Shown here one piece after another: positions 33,817 through 44,377 of a stretch of 64,000 nt of DNA (positions within the stretch are counted from its first letter, which is position 1; each line of letters begins with the position of its first letter). A program made the translations under genes and the position numbers. The notes beneath the pieces were generated by a model. The model worked only from the letters and a program-made list of their open reading frames with translations, did not search any database and was not told where the DNA came from. Source of the stretch: Escherichia coli (GTDB lineage: Bacteria > Pseudomonadota > Gammaproteobacteria > Enterobacterales > Enterobacteriaceae); NCBI RefSeq assembly GCF_003018255.1, contig NZ_CP027440.1; one strand, given 5' to 3'.

Positions 33817-35094
33817 ATGGCTGTGCTGATTTTTCTGGGCTGTCTGTTGGGTGGTATTGCTATCGGTTTGCCTATTGCCTGGGCACTGTTGTTGTGCGGA
33901 GCGGCGTTAATGTTCTGGCTGGACATGTTTGATGTCCAGATCATGGCACAAACGCTGGTGAACGGAGCCGACAGCTTCTCCCTGCTGGCGATTCCGTTCT
34001 TTGTGCTGGCGGGTGAAATCATGAATGCGGGCGGCTTGTCAAAACGCATTGTTGACCTGCCGATGAAACTGGTGGGGCATAAACCTGGCGGGTTGGGCTA
34101 CGTCGGCGTGCTGGCGGCTATGATTATGGCGAGCCTTTCTGGTTCTGCTGTTGCTGATACCGCCGCCGTTGCCGCGCTATTAGTGCCGATGATGCGCAGC
34201 GCTAACTACCCGGTCAACCGGGCTGCGGGGCTGATTGCCTCTGGCGGCATTATCGCGCCAATTATTCCCCCTTCCATTCCGTTTATTATTTTCGGCGTTT
34301 CCAGCGGATTATCCATCAGTAAGCTGTTTATGGCGGGCATTGCCCCTGGCATGATGATGGGCGCAACGCTGATGCTTACCTGGTGGTGGCAGGCCAGTCG
34401 CCTTAATTTACCCCGCCAGCAAAAAGCAACGATGCAGGAAATCTGGCACTCTTTTGTCTCCGGTATCTGGGCGCTGTTTCTTCCAGTCATCATTATTGGC
34501 GGGTTTCGCTCCGGTCTGTTTACCCCTACCGAAGCCGGGGCCGTTGCTGCTTTCTATGCGCTGTTTGTCGCCACAGTTATTTACCGTGAAATGACCTTCG
34601 CCACACTTTGGCATGTGCTCATTGGCGCAGCGAAAACGACCTCAGTGGTGATGTTTCTGGTAGCCTCGGCACAAGTTTCCGCCTGGCTGATCACCATTGC
34701 TGAACTGCCGATGATGGTTTCTGATTTACTGCAACCGCTGGTCGATTCACCGCGTCTGCTGTTTATCGTCATTATGGTGGCTATCCTGATTGTCGGCATG
34801 GTCATGGATTTAACGCCGACGGTATTAATTCTTACCCCGGTATTAATGCCTTTAGTTAAAGAGGCAGGAATCGATCCGATTTATTTCGGTGTCATGTTTA
34901 TCATTAACTGCTCAATCGGCTTAATTACACCGCCTATCGGTAATGTGCTTAACGTTATTTCAGGGGTGGCAAAACTCAAATTCGATGATGCAGTCAGAGG
35001 CGTTTTCCCTTACGTCCTGGTTTTATATTCATTATTAGTCGTATTTGTTTTTATTCCCGATCTCATCATCCTCCCTTTGAAATGGATTAATTAA
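33817..35094 (+). CDS. yiaN: TRAP transporter large permease
   Basis: 425-aa polytopic DctM-like ORF. Confidence 0.92.
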   Translation: MAVLIFLGCLLGGIAIGLPIAWALLLCGAALMFWLDMFDVQIMAQTLVNGADSFSLLAIPFFVLAGEIMNAGGLSKRIVDLPMKLVGHKPGGLGYVGVLAAMIMASLSGSAVADTAAVAALLVPMMRSANYPVNRAAGLIASGGIIAPIIPPSIPFIIFGVSSGLSISKLFMAGIAPGMMMGATLMLTWWWQASRLNLPRQQKATMQEIWHSFVSGIWALFLPVIIIGGFRSGLFTPTEAGAVAAFYALFVATVIYREMTFATLWHVLIGAAKTTSVVMFLVASAQVSAWLITIAELPMMVSDLLQPLVDSPRLLFIVIMVAILIVGMVMDLTPTVLILTPVLMPLVKEAGIDPIYFGVMFIINCSIGLITPPIGNVLNVISGVAKLKFDDAVRGVFPYVLVLYSLLVVFVFIPDLIILPLKWIN

Positions 35095-35106
35095 AAGGAA
35101 AATATT

Positions 35107-36093
35107 ATGAAATTACGCTCTGTAACCTACGCATTATTCATTGCTGGCCTGGCTGCATTTAGTACATCTTCACTGGCGGCGCAATCTTTACGTTTCGGTT
35201 ATGAAACCTCACAAACCGACTCGCAACATATTGCGGCGAAAAAATTCAATGATTTATTGCAGGAGAGAACCAAAGGCGAGCTGAAATTAAAACTGTTCCC
35301 GGACAGTACTCTCGGTAACGCACAGGCGATGATCAGCGGCGTACGTGGCGGCACCATCGATATGGAAATGTCCGGCTCGAATAACTTTGCCGGGTTATCA
35401 CCAGTGATGAACTTGCTTGATGTCCCTTTCCTGTTCCGCGATACCGCTCACGCGCATAAAACGCTCGACGGCAAAGTCGGTGATGATCTGAAAGCCTCAC
35501 TTGAAGGTAAAGGACTAAAAGTACTGGCCTACTGGGAAAACGGCTGGCGCGATGTCACCAACTCGCGCGCACCGGTTAAAACCCCCGCCGACCTGAAAGG
35601 GCTGAAAATTCGCACCAACAATAGCCCGATGAATATCGCCGCATTCAAAGTCTTTGGCGCTAACCCGATCCCGATGCCGTTTGCCGAAGTCTATACCGGG
35701 CTGGAAACGCGCACTATCGACGCTCAGGAACACCCGATCAACGTCGTCTGGTCAGCAAAATTTTTCGAAGTACAGAAGTACCTTTCTCTGACGCACCACG
35801 CCTATTCGCCACTTCTGGTGGTGATCAACAAAGCGAAGTTTGATGGCTTAAGCCCGGAGTTCCAGCAGGCGCTAGTTTCATCTGCACAGGAAGCGGGTAA
35901 CTACCAGCGCAAACTGGTTGCCGAAGATCAGCAAAAAATCATCGACGGCATGAAAGAAGTGGGCGTGGAAGTCATCACCGATCTCGACCGCAAAGCCTTT
36001 AGCGACGCACTGGGTACTCAGGTCCGCGACATGTTTGTTAAAGATGTTCCGCAGGGCGCTGAGCTGCTGAAAGCCGTGGATGAGGTGCAATAA
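35107..36093 (+). CDS. yiaO: TRAP transporter periplasmic solute-binding protein
   Basis: 328-aa ORF with signal peptide; DctP-like. Confidence 0.92.
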   Translation: MKLRSVTYALFIAGLAAFSTSSLAAQSLRFGYETSQTDSQHIAAKKFNDLLQERTKGELKLKLFPDSTLGNAQAMISGVRGGTIDMEMSGSNNFAGLSPVMNLLDVPFLFRDTAHAHKTLDGKVGDDLKASLEGKGLKVLAYWENGWRDVTNSRAPVKTPADLKGLKIRTNNSPMNIAAFKVFGANPIPMPFAEVYTGLETRTIDAQEHPINVVWSAKFFEVQKYLSLTHHAYSPLLVVINKAKFDGLSPEFQQALVSSAQEAGNYQRKLVAEDQQKIIDGMKEVGVEVITDLDRKAFSDALGTQVRDMFVKDVPQGAELLKAVDEVQ

Positions 36094-36096
36094 ACC

Positions 36097-37593
36097 ATGA
36101 CGCAATACTGGCTGGGGTTAGATTGTGGCGGTAGCTGGCTGAAAGCCGGGCTGTATGACCGCGAAGGCCGGGAGGCAGGCGTGCAGCGCCTGCCGCTGTG
36201 CGCATTAAGCCCGCAGCCAGGTTGGGCAGAGCGCGATATGGCAGAACTGTGGCAATGCTGCATGGCTGTCATTCGCGCCCTGCTTACTCATTCTGGTGTT
36301 AGCGGGGAACAAATTGTCGGTATCGGCATCTCCGCACAGGGAAAGGGCTTGTTTTTGCTGGATAAAAACGACAAGCCGCTCGGTAACGCCATTTTGTCCT
36401 CGGATCGCCGGGCGATGGAAATCGTTCGTCGCTGGCAGGAAGATGGCATCCCGGAAAAACTCTACCCGCTGACGCGACAAACCTTGTGGACCGGGCATCC
36501 GGTGTCGCTGTTACGCTGGCTGAAAGAGCACGAACCGGAACGCTACGCGCAAATTGGCTGCGTGATGATGACGCACGACTACCTGCGCTGGTGTTTAACC
36601 GGCGTCAAAGGTTGCGAAGAGAGCAATATTTCTGAGTCCAATCTCTACAACATGAGTCTTGGGGAATATGACCCGTGCCTCACCGACTGGCTGGGGATCG
36701 CTGAAATCAACCACGCCCTGCCACTTGTTGTCGGATCTGCCGAAATCTGCGGGGAGATCACCGCTCAGACAGCCGCACTGACCGGTCTGAAAGCGGGTAC
36801 GCCCGTTGTCGGCGGCCTGTTTGATGTGGTTTCCACCGCACTCTGCGCCGGGATCGAAGACGAATTTACCCTCAATGCGGTGATGGGCACCTGGGCGGTG
36901 ACCAGCGGCATAACCCGTGGTTTACGTGACGGTGAAGCGCATCCGTATGTCTATGGTCGCTACGTTAACGATGGTCAATTTATCGTTCATGAAGCAAGCC
37001 CCACCTCTTCCGGCAATCTCGAATGGTTTACCACACAGTGGGGAGAAATCTCGTTTGATGAGATCAACCAGGCCGTTGCCAGCTTGCCGAAGGCCGGGGG
37101 CGATCTCTTTTTCCTGCCGTTCCTGTACGGCAGCAACGCTGGACTCGAGATGACCAGCGGTTTCTACGGGATGCAGGCCATTCACACCCGCGTACACCTG
37201 TTGCAGGCCATTTATGAAGGCGTGGTGTTCAGCCATATGACCCATCTCAACCGGATGCGCGAACGTTTTACTGATGTGCACACCCTGCGCGTCACTGGCG
37301 GTCCGGCGCACTCCGATGTCTGGATGCAAATGCTGGCGGACGTCAGCGGTCTGCGTATCGAGCTGCCGCAGGTGGAAGAAACCGGCTGCTTTGGTGCGGC
37401 ACTTGCCGCCCGCGTCGGCACCGGAGTTTATCGCGATTTCAGCGAAGCCCAACGTGATTTACAGCACCCGGTACGCACCCTGCTGCCGGATATGACCGCC
37501 CATCAGCTTTACCAACAAAAATACCAACGTTATCAGCATCTCATTGCCGCACTTCAGGGCTTTCACGCCCGCATCAAGGAGCACACATTATGA
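36097..37593 (+). CDS. lyxK: L-xylulose/3-keto-L-gulonate kinase
   Basis: 498-aa FGGY-family kinase ORF. Confidence 0.93.
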   Translation: MTQYWLGLDCGGSWLKAGLYDREGREAGVQRLPLCALSPQPGWAERDMAELWQCCMAVIRALLTHSGVSGEQIVGIGISAQGKGLFLLDKNDKPLGNAILSSDRRAMEIVRRWQEDGIPEKLYPLTRQTLWTGHPVSLLRWLKEHEPERYAQIGCVMMTHDYLRWCLTGVKGCEESNISESNLYNMSLGEYDPCLTDWLGIAEINHALPLVVGSAEICGEITAQTAALTGLKAGTPVVGGLFDVVSTALCAGIEDEFTLNAVMGTWAVTSGITRGLRDGEAHPYVYGRYVNDGQFIVHEASPTSSGNLEWFTTQWGEISFDEINQAVASLPKAGGDLFFLPFLYGSNAGLEMTSGFYGMQAIHTRVHLLQAIYEGVVFSHMTHLNRMRERFTDVHTLRVTGGPAHSDVWMQMLADVSGLRIELPQVEETGCFGAALAARVGTGVYRDFSEAQRDLQHPVRTLLPDMTAHQLYQQKYQRYQHLIAALQGFHARIKEHTL

Positions 37594-38252
37594 GCCGACC
37601 ACTTCTGCAACTGGCCCTCGACCACTCATCACTTGAAGACGCACAGCGCGACGTGACGCTGTTAAAAGACAGCGTCGATATCGTCGAAGCGGGCACCATT
37701 CTCTGTTTAAACGAAGGGCTTGGCGCAGTGAAAGCCTTGCGCGAACAGTGCCCGAACAAAATCATCGTCGCTGACTGGAAGGTCGCCGATGCCGGTGAAA
37801 CGCTCGCGCAACAGGCGTTTGGCGCAGGCGCTAACTGGATGACCATCATCTGCGCCGCACCGCTCGCGACGGTGGAAAAAGGCCACGCGATGGCGCAACG
37901 CTGCGGTGGTGAAATTCAGATCGAGTTGTTCGGTAACTGGACGCTGGACGACGCCCGCGACTGGCATCGTATTGGCGTGCGGCAGGCCATTTATCATCGC
38001 GGTCGCGACGCGCAGGCCAGCGGGCAACAGTGGGGCGAGGCCGATCTGGCACGCATGAAGGCGCTTTCCGATATCGGCCTTGAGCTTTCCATTACCGGCG
38101 GGATTACCCCTGCTGACCTGCCGCTGTTTAAAGATATTCGCGTGAAAGCGTTTATTGCCGGGCGAGCACTGGCAGGCGCAGCAAATCCGGTGCAGGTGGC
38201 TGGCGATTTCCATGCACAAATTGATGCCATCTGGGGAGGTGCGCGCGCGTAA
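37590..38252 (+). CDS. sgbH: 3-keto-L-gulonate-6-phosphate decarboxylase
   Basis: 220-aa [25 protein letters not shown]...; start overlaps lyxK stop. Confidence 0.93.
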   Translation: MSRPLLQLALDHSSLEDAQRDVTLLKDSVDIVEAGTILCLNEGLGAVKALREQCPNKIIVADWKVADAGETLAQQAFGAGANWMTIICAAPLATVEKGHAMAQRCGGEIQIELFGNWTLDDARDWHRIGVRQAIYHRGRDAQASGQQWGEADLARMKALSDIGLELSITGGITPADLPLFKDIRVKAFIAGRALAGAANPVQVAGDFHAQIDAIWGGARA

Positions 38253-39105
38253 TCATCCGTTAGGGATTTATGAAAAAGCGCTGGCGAAAGATCTCTCCTG
38301 GCCGGAGCGGCTGGTGCTGGCAAAAAGCTGTGGCTTTGATTTTGTCGAAATGTCGGTGGATGAAACCGACGAACGGCTCTCACGTCTTGACTGGAGCGCC
38401 GCACAACGTGCTTCGCTGGTCACTGCGATGATCGAAACGGGTGTTGGGATCCCGTCGATGTGCCTGTCCGCACATCGTCGCTTTCCTTTTGGTAGCCGTG
38501 ACGAGGCAGTGCGCGAACGGGCGCGGGAAATCATGAGTAAAGCGATTCGCCTGGCGCGCGATCTCGGCATTCGCACCATCCAGCTGGCGGGCTACGACGT
38601 CTATTACGAAGACCACGACGAAGGCACCCGGCAACGTTTTGCTGAAGGGCTGGCGTGGACAGTCGAACAGGCGGCGGCATCACAAGTAATGCTGGCGGTG
38701 GAGATTATGGATACTGCGTTTATGAACTCCATCAGCAAATGGAAAAAGTGGGACGAGATGCTCGCCTCGCCGTGGTTCACCGTCTACCCGGACGTCGGCA
38801 ACCTCAGCGCCTGGGGCAATGATGTTCCCGCCGAACTGAAACTGGGCATTGACCGTATCGCCGCGATCCACCTGAAAGATACTCAACCAGTCACCGAGCA
38901 AAGCCCCGGACAGTTCCGTGATGTGCCGTTTGGCGAAGGCTGCGTCGATTTCGTTGGCATCTTCAAAACGCTGCATGAACTGAACTATCGCGGTTCTTTC
39001 CTGATTGAGATGTGGACCGAAAAAGCCAAAGAGCCGGTGCTGGAGATTATTCAGGCGCGGCGCTGGATTGAAGCGCGTATGCAGGAGGCAGGTTTTATAT
39101 GTTAG
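38239..39105 (+). CDS. sgbU: L-ribulose-5-phosphate 3-epimerase (start codon uncertain)
   Basis: ORF frame opens at 38155 inside sgbH; conserved sequence begins ...[22 protein letters not shown]. Candidate starts are GTG 38239 or ATG 38224. Confidence 0.75.
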   Translation: MRARNHPLGIYEKALAKDLSWPERLVLAKSCGFDFVEMSVDETDERLSRLDWSAAQRASLVTAMIETGVGIPSMCLSAHRRFPFGSRDEAVRERAREIMSKAIRLARDLGIRTIQLAGYDVYYEDHDEGTRQRFAEGLAWTVEQAAASQVMLAVEIMDTAFMNSISKWKKWDEMLASPWFTVYPDVGNLSAWGNDVPAELKLGIDRIAAIHLKDTQPVTEQSPGQFRDVPFGEGCVDFVGIFKTLHELNYRGSFLIEMWTEKAKEPVLEIIQARRWIEARMQEAGFIC

Positions 39106-39794
39106 AGCAACTGAAAGCCGACGTGCTGGCGGCAAATCTGGCACTTCCCGCTCACCATCTGGTGACGTTCACCTGGGGCAATGTCAGCGCGGTAGACGAA
39201 GCGCGGCAATGGATGGTAATCAAACCTTCCGGCGTCGAGTACGACGTGATGACCGCCGACGATATGGTGGTGGTTGAGATAGCCAGCGGTAAGGTGGTGG
39301 AAGGCAGCAAAAAGCCCTCGTCCGACACGCCAACGCATCTGGCGCTTTACCGTCGCTATGCCGAAATCGGTGGCATTGTGCATACCCACTCGCGCCACGC
39401 CACCATCTGGTCGCAGGCCGGGCTGGATCTCCCCGCCTGGGGCACCACGCACGCCGATTATTTCTATGGTGCCATCCCCTGCACGCGACAGATGACCGCA
39501 GAGGAGATTAACGGCGAATATGAATATCAGACCGGCGAAGTGATCATTGAAACTTTCGAAGAACGCGGCAGGAGTCCGGCACAAATCCCGGCGGTGCTGG
39601 TGCATTCTCACGGCCCGTTCGCCTGGGGAAAAAATGCCGCCGATGCGGTGCATAATGCCGTAGTGCTGGAAGAGTGCGCCTATATGGGCCTGTTCTCGCG
39701 CCAGCTTGCGCCGCAGCTCCCTGCGATGCAAAACGAACTGTTAGATAAGCACTACCTGCGTAAGCATGGGGCCAATGCCTATTACGGGCAGTAA
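39099..39794 (+). CDS. sgbE: L-ribulose-5-phosphate 4-epimerase
   Basis: 231-aa [36 protein letters not shown] (AraD-like). Confidence 0.94.
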   Translation: MLEQLKADVLAANLALPAHHLVTFTWGNVSAVDEARQWMVIKPSGVEYDVMTADDMVVVEIASGKVVEGSKKPSSDTPTHLALYRRYAEIGGIVHTHSRHATIWSQAGLDLPAWGTTHADYFYGAIPCTRQMTAEEINGEYEYQTGEVIIETFEERGRSPAQIPAVLVHSHGPFAWGKNAADAVHNAVVLEECAYMGLFSRQLAPQLPAMQNELLDKHYLRKHGANAYYGQ

Positions 39795-39825
39795 TCCCTC
39801 ACGCCGGGGCTTCATTGCCCCGGCA

Positions 39826-40641
39826 CTACGAATTGATATGTTCCTTGCTGTAACGTCGCTTCCACGCAGCTGGCGTTAAACCGGTGTGTTTGCGAAAAAT
39901 CTGTCGGAAATAGCCAACGTCATTAAACCCGCACAACGCAGCCACTTCAGTGAGCGATCGCGCTTCGCTAATTAACAGCTTTTCGGCTTCGCGCACTCGC
40001 TGGCGATGAATTGCTTCTGTTAACGTCAGATGAAACACCCGCCGGTAGACGCGCCCAAGATAATCGGCATTGCAGTACAGCTCGCGGGCTAAAAGCGCCG
40101 TAGAAAGCGGGCGATGATATTGCGTGCGAATCAGTTTCTGCGCTTTCCAGGCAAGCGTGGTACCTGCGGCATCGGCCTGTTCATCAAGACGCGCGTCACG
40201 GGTGAGCTGCTGCAAAATCAGCAGCACAATAAACTCCAGCGCCGGAGTGCGTTGATGCTTTTCCTGTTCGCTTAAGAACTGGCGAAACAGGGCCACCAGC
40301 GCCTGCGGATCGGCAACCTTCGTTTGTTGCGGCACGCTAAGATGAGTGAGCCAGCGCGGGTCGCTATCCGGCGCTTTAACCTCAAAATGCAGCCAGTAAA
40401 ATTTGAGATCGGCGGGAAAATCCTCTACCCCAACATGCTGTCGGTTCGGCCAGAGTAATAAACTCTCTCCCGCATCGACCAGAAATATCCGCTCTTCTTC
40501 CTGAATCGTTAATCGACCTTTTTCGACAAAGATAATTTCCCATGACTCCAGCCGCCTTGCCGGGTGCCTCCCTACGCCACGGGAAATAAATAATCCACCA
40601 TTTTGCACTTTAATCGGTAACGTCATGGATAATTCGAGCAT
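39826..40641 (-). CDS. AraC/XylS-family transcriptional regulator (accessory; absent from K-12 at this position)
   Basis: 271-aa ORF; cupin-like N domain and C-terminal AraC HTH (...EVAALCGFNDVGYFRQIFRKHTGLTPAAWKRR); alternative start MTLPIK at 40626. Confidence 0.8.
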   Translation of the reverse strand: MLELSMTLPIKVQNGGLFISRGVGRHPARRLESWEIIFVEKGRLTIQEEERIFLVDAGESLLLWPNRQHVGVEDFPADLKFYWLHFEVKAPDSDPRWLTHLSVPQQTKVADPQALVALFRQFLSEQEKHQRTPALEFIVLLILQQLTRDARLDEQADAAGTTLAWKAQKLIRTQYHRPLSTALLARELYCNADYLGRVYRRVFHLTLTEAIHRQRVREAEKLLISEARSLTEVAALCGFNDVGYFRQIFRKHTGLTPAAWKRRYSKEHINS

Positions 40642-40866
40642 TGATATGTAATTTCCCGCTTATTCATTAATGATTAAACACATTACCTTTTGATTATTAA
40701 TCAAAAACATTAATTTCACCTGATCCATTTCACACTTTTAAATTCAGGTCGGAATCGTCACCTTTTTTTACTCTTTTCTCGCCTTGTTGATATTCCCGTT
40801 CACGGCAGAATTAATCAGGTCATTGCAATAAAACTAAAAATTGCTCCCTATTCACGAGGAATATCT
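40642..40866. promoter_or_regulatory. Divergent promoter region of the accessory cassette, containing palindrome TTGATTA-T-TAATCAA
   Basis: AT-rich 225-bp intergenic region; 15-bp inverted repeat at about 40700-40714. Confidence 0.4.
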
Positions 40867-42267
40867 ATGACCTCTACACCGATTACTGCCGCTGATATCG
40901 CTAAAGGTAAAATTGACGATGCGTTATCTGTACGGGAAAAAATAGGCTACGGCCTGGGTGACGCAGGCGGCACCGTAATAACTTGCCTGATCATGAACTT
41001 TCTCACCTTTTTCTACACCGACGTTTTTGGCTTAACTCCGGCGCTGGTCGGCACGCTGTTTATTGCACTGCGCGTGTTTGATGCCATCTCCGACCCGGTG
41101 ATGGGCGTCATTGCCGACCGGACGCAAAGTCGCTGGGGGCGCTTTCGTCCGTGGCAGTTATGGATTGCCATTCCCATCGGCATTATCGGCATCCTGACGT
41201 TCACCGTGCCAGATGCCAGCATGGGAGTAAAAATCGCCTGGGCGTTCGGTACTTACCTGCTCCTTTCAGTCGGTTATACCGCCATCAACGTACCGTACTG
41301 CGCGCTGATCAACACCATGACCACCCGCCACAATGAAGTGATCTCCTGCCAGTCCTGGCGATTCGTTCTCTGCGGCGTAGCGGGATTTCTGGTTTCGGTT
41401 GGCCTGCCGTGGATGGTGGATCTCTTCGGTCAGGGTAATGCCGCGCGCGGCTATCAACTGGGCGTCGGCGTGCTGTGCGCCATTGCCGTGGTGATGTTCC
41501 TGTGCTGTTTCTTCTGGGTTCGTGAACGGGTGCCACTCTCCACAATGGGGAAATTTACCCTGCGCGAACATCTTGCCGGGCTGCGGAACAACGACCAACT
41601 GCTGCTGATGCTGGTCATGTCTTTCCTGCTGATTAACGTCTTTAATATTCGCGGCGGTGGGTATATGTACTTCATTACCTACGTCTTACAAGGCAGTACG
41701 GGCTACACGTCGCTGTTCTTCACCATGGTCACCTTCGCCTCCATTATCGGCTCGGTGATTGTCAGCCCGTTAACGCGGCGTTTCGATACCGTCAAAATTT
41801 ACTACTACACCAACCTGCTCCTCGCTGCGCTGGCGGTGTTGATGTGGTTCCTGCCTTCTGGCCCGGCTTATCAAACGCTGTGGCTGGCGGTGATCCTCGG
41901 TAATGGCGTGATTCTTGGCTTCACATTGCCACTGCACTTCTCATTGATGGCCTTTGCCGATGACTACGGCGAGTGGAAAACCCGCGTACGTTCTTCCGGC
42001 ATGAACTTCGCCTTCAATCTGTTTTTCATCAAGCTGGCATGGGCCTCCAGCGCCGGGATCATCAGCCTGCTGTTTATTTTTGTCGCCTACCAGCCAGGCG
42101 TGGAAAACCAGACCACCAGTTCGCTTGGCGGGATCACGGCGATGGAAACATTACTGCCTGCGCTATTCCACCTGCTGCTGGCAGGGGCGATCCGCTTTTG
42201 CAAACTCAATAACCCTATGATGTCACGCATTGCTAGCGACCTGCGTCAGCGTCATGTACAGCCTTAA
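40867..42267 (+). CDS. GPH-family glycoside/pentoside/hexuronide:cation symporter (MelB/YicJ-like)
   Basis: 466-aa 12-TM ORF with GPH signatures ([23 protein letters not shown]). Confidence 0.85.
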   Translation: MTSTPITAADIAKGKIDDALSVREKIGYGLGDAGGTVITCLIMNFLTFFYTDVFGLTPALVGTLFIALRVFDAISDPVMGVIADRTQSRWGRFRPWQLWIAIPIGIIGILTFTVPDASMGVKIAWAFGTYLLLSVGYTAINVPYCALINTMTTRHNEVISCQSWRFVLCGVAGFLVSVGLPWMVDLFGQGNAARGYQLGVGVLCAIAVVMFLCCFFWVRERVPLSTMGKFTLREHLAGLRNNDQLLLMLVMSFLLINVFNIRGGGYMYFITYVLQGSTGYTSLFFTMVTFASIIGSVIVSPLTRRFDTVKIYYYTNLLLAALAVLMWFLPSGPAYQTLWLAVILGNGVILGFTLPLHFSLMAFADDYGEWKTRVRSSGMNFAFNLFFIKLAWASSAGIISLLFIFVAYQPGVENQTTSSLGGITAMETLLPALFHLLLAGAIRFCKLNNPMMSRIASDLRQRHVQP

Positions 42268-42277
42268 GGAGCACAAG

Positions 42278-44257
42278 ATGAACATTTCGGAAGTCGATCT
42301 GCATAAACTGACGGTCAGCGATCCGTTCCTCGGTCAGTACCAACAACTGGTCCGCGATGTGGTGATTCCTTATCAGTGGGACGCCTTGAACGATCGTATC
42401 CCAGAAGCGGAACCCAGCCATGCGATTGAAAACTTTCGCATTGCCGCAGGACTGCAAGACGGTGAATTTTACGGGATGGTGTTTCAGGACAGCGACGTCG
42501 CCAAATGGCTGGAAGCGGTAGCCTGGTCGCTGTGCCAGAAGCCGGATGCCGAACTGGAAAAAACCGCTGACGAGGTGATTGAACTGATCGCCTCCGCCCA
42601 GTGCGAAGATGGCTATCTCAATGCTTACTTTACGGTAAAAGCGCCCGAAGAACGCTGGAGCAATCTGGCGGAGTGTCATGAACTTTACTGCGCCGGTCAT
42701 CTGATTGAAGCCGGAGTCGCCTTCTTCCAGGCCACGGGAAAACGGCGCTTGCTGGAAGTGGTTTGCCGTCTGGCCGATCATATCGACAGCGTATTTGGTC
42801 CAGGTGAAAGTAAGTTACACGGTTATCCTGGTCACCCGGAAATTGAACTGGCACTAATGCGCCTGTATGAAGTGACCGAAGAGCCGCGCTACCTGGCGCT
42901 GACGAACTATTTTGTCGAACAGCGTGGTGCGCAACCGCACTATTACGACCAGGAATATGAAAAGCGCGGGCAGACCTCGCACTGGCACACCTACGGCCCG
43001 GCGTGGATGGTGAAAGATAAAGCCTACAGCCAAGCGCATTTGCCCATCGCACAGCAACAAACCGCCATCGGACATACAGTACGCTTTGTATATCTGATGA
43101 CTGGCGTCGCACATCTCGCGCGTTTAAGTCACGATGAAAGCAAGCGTCAGGATTGCCTGCGGCTGTGGAACAATATGGCCCAGCGTCAGTTATATATTAC
43201 CGGCGGCATTGGCTCACAAAGCAGCGGCGAAGCGTTCAGCAGCGATTACGATCTGCCGAATGACACGGTTTACGCCGAAAGTTGTGCTTCCATCGGCCTG
43301 ATGATGTTCGCCCGGCGAATGCTGGAAATGGAAGGCGACAGTCAATATGCCGATGTGATGGAGCGCGCACTGTACAACACTGTGCTCGGCGGCATGGCGC
43401 TGGATGGCAAACATTTCTTCTACGTTAATCCGCTGGAAGTGCATCCAAAAACGTTAAAATTCAACCATATCTACGATCACGTTAAGCCGATCCGCCAGCG
43501 TTGGTTTGGTTGCGCTTGTTGTCCGCCAAATATCGCCCGCGTGCTAACCTCGATTGGTCATTATCTCTACACGCCGCGTGAAGATGCGTTGTATATCAAC
43601 ATCTACGCAGGAAACAGCATGGAAGTGCCGGTAGAAAATGGCACGCTGCGTCTGCGGGTTAGCGGAAACTATCCGTGGCAGGAACAGGTGACAATTGCGG
43701 TTGAATCGCCCCAGCCGGTGCGTCATACGCTGGCTTTACGTCTGCCGGACTGGTGCACACAGCCGCAGATCATATTGAATGGGGAAGAGGTCGAGCAGGA
43801 TATTCGTAAAGGGTATTTGCACATTACCCGCGAATGGCAGGAGGGCGACACGCTGAATCTGACTTTGCCAATGCCGGTACGTCGCGTTTACGGTAACCCT
43901 CTGGTGCGTCACGTCGCCGGAAAAGTGGCGATTCAGCGCGGCCCGCTGGTGTATTGCCTGGAACAGGCCGACAACGGCGAGTCACTGCATAATCTGTGGC
44001 TGCCCGCCGATGCGCCATTTACGACATTTGAAGGTAAGGGATTGTTCCGCCATAAGATCTTAATCCAGGCACCGGGTTATCGGTATGAACAGAGCAATCC
44101 AGAGCAGCAACCGCTGTGGCATTACGACAGCGCGCCAGCCAAACGCCAGCCGCAAACCCTGACCTTTATCCCGTGGTTTAGCTGGGCCAACCGGGGTGAA
44201 GGCGAAATGCGGATCTGGGTGAATGAGGAAAAGCATTGCCATCCGGAGGTTGGATAA
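42278..44257 (+). CDS. Glycoside hydrolase family 127-like protein (DUF1680; putative beta-L-arabinofuranosidase)
   Basis: ORF frame from 42230; likely start MNISEVDLHK at 42278 after RBS AAGGA; contains WFGCACCPPN cysteine motif typical of HypBA1-like GH127. Confidence 0.75.
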   Translation: MNISEVDLHKLTVSDPFLGQYQQLVRDVVIPYQWDALNDRIPEAEPSHAIENFRIAAGLQDGEFYGMVFQDSDVAKWLEAVAWSLCQKPDAELEKTADEVIELIASAQCEDGYLNAYFTVKAPEERWSNLAECHELYCAGHLIEAGVAFFQATGKRRLLEVVCRLADHIDSVFGPGESKLHGYPGHPEIELALMRLYEVTEEPRYLALTNYFVEQRGAQPHYYDQEYEKRGQTSHWHTYGPAWMVKDKAYSQAHLPIAQQQTAIGHTVRFVYLMTGVAHLARLSHDESKRQDCLRLWNNMAQRQLYITGGIGSQSSGEAFSSDYDLPNDTVYAESCASIGLMMFARRMLEMEGDSQYADVMERALYNTVLGGMALDGKHFFYVNPLEVHPKTLKFNHIYDHVKPIRQRWFGCACCPPNIARVLTSIGHYLYTPREDALYINIYAGNSMEVPVENGTLRLRVSGNYPWQEQVTIAVESPQPVRHTLALRLPDWCTQPQIILNGEEVEQDIRKGYLHITREWQEGDTLNLTLPMPVRRVYGNPLVRHVAGKVAIQRGPLVYCLEQADNGESLHNLWLPADAPFTTFEGKGLFRHKILIQAPGYRYEQSNPEQQPLWHYDSAPAKRQPQTLTFIPWFSWANRGEGEMRIWVNEEKHCHPEVG

Positions 44258-44326
44258 GGCGCTCGCGCCGCATCCAACGTAGGGAGCACATTGCCTGATG
44301 CGACGCTTAACGTGTCTTATCAGGCC
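44243..44326. repeat. REP-like palindromic units at the right edge of the accessory cassette
   Basis: GGATAAGGCG...CGCATCC and GCCTGATGCGACGCTTAACGTGTCTTATCAGGCC. Confidence 0.65.
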
Positions 44327-44377
44327 CACGAGTCGGTGCGAGAGCGTAGGCCAGCCGCACCGACATCCACCGGTAAA

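Noticed and set aside
36922-38404. Minus-strand ORFs of 136-176 aa overlapping lyxK and sgbH
   Set aside because: Antisense to conserved operon genes; no RBS and unusual composition.
42233-43112. Minus-strand ORFs of 160-182 aa inside the GH127 gene
   Set aside because: Antisense shadow frames; the plus-strand glycosidase ORF is far longer and has conserved motifs.
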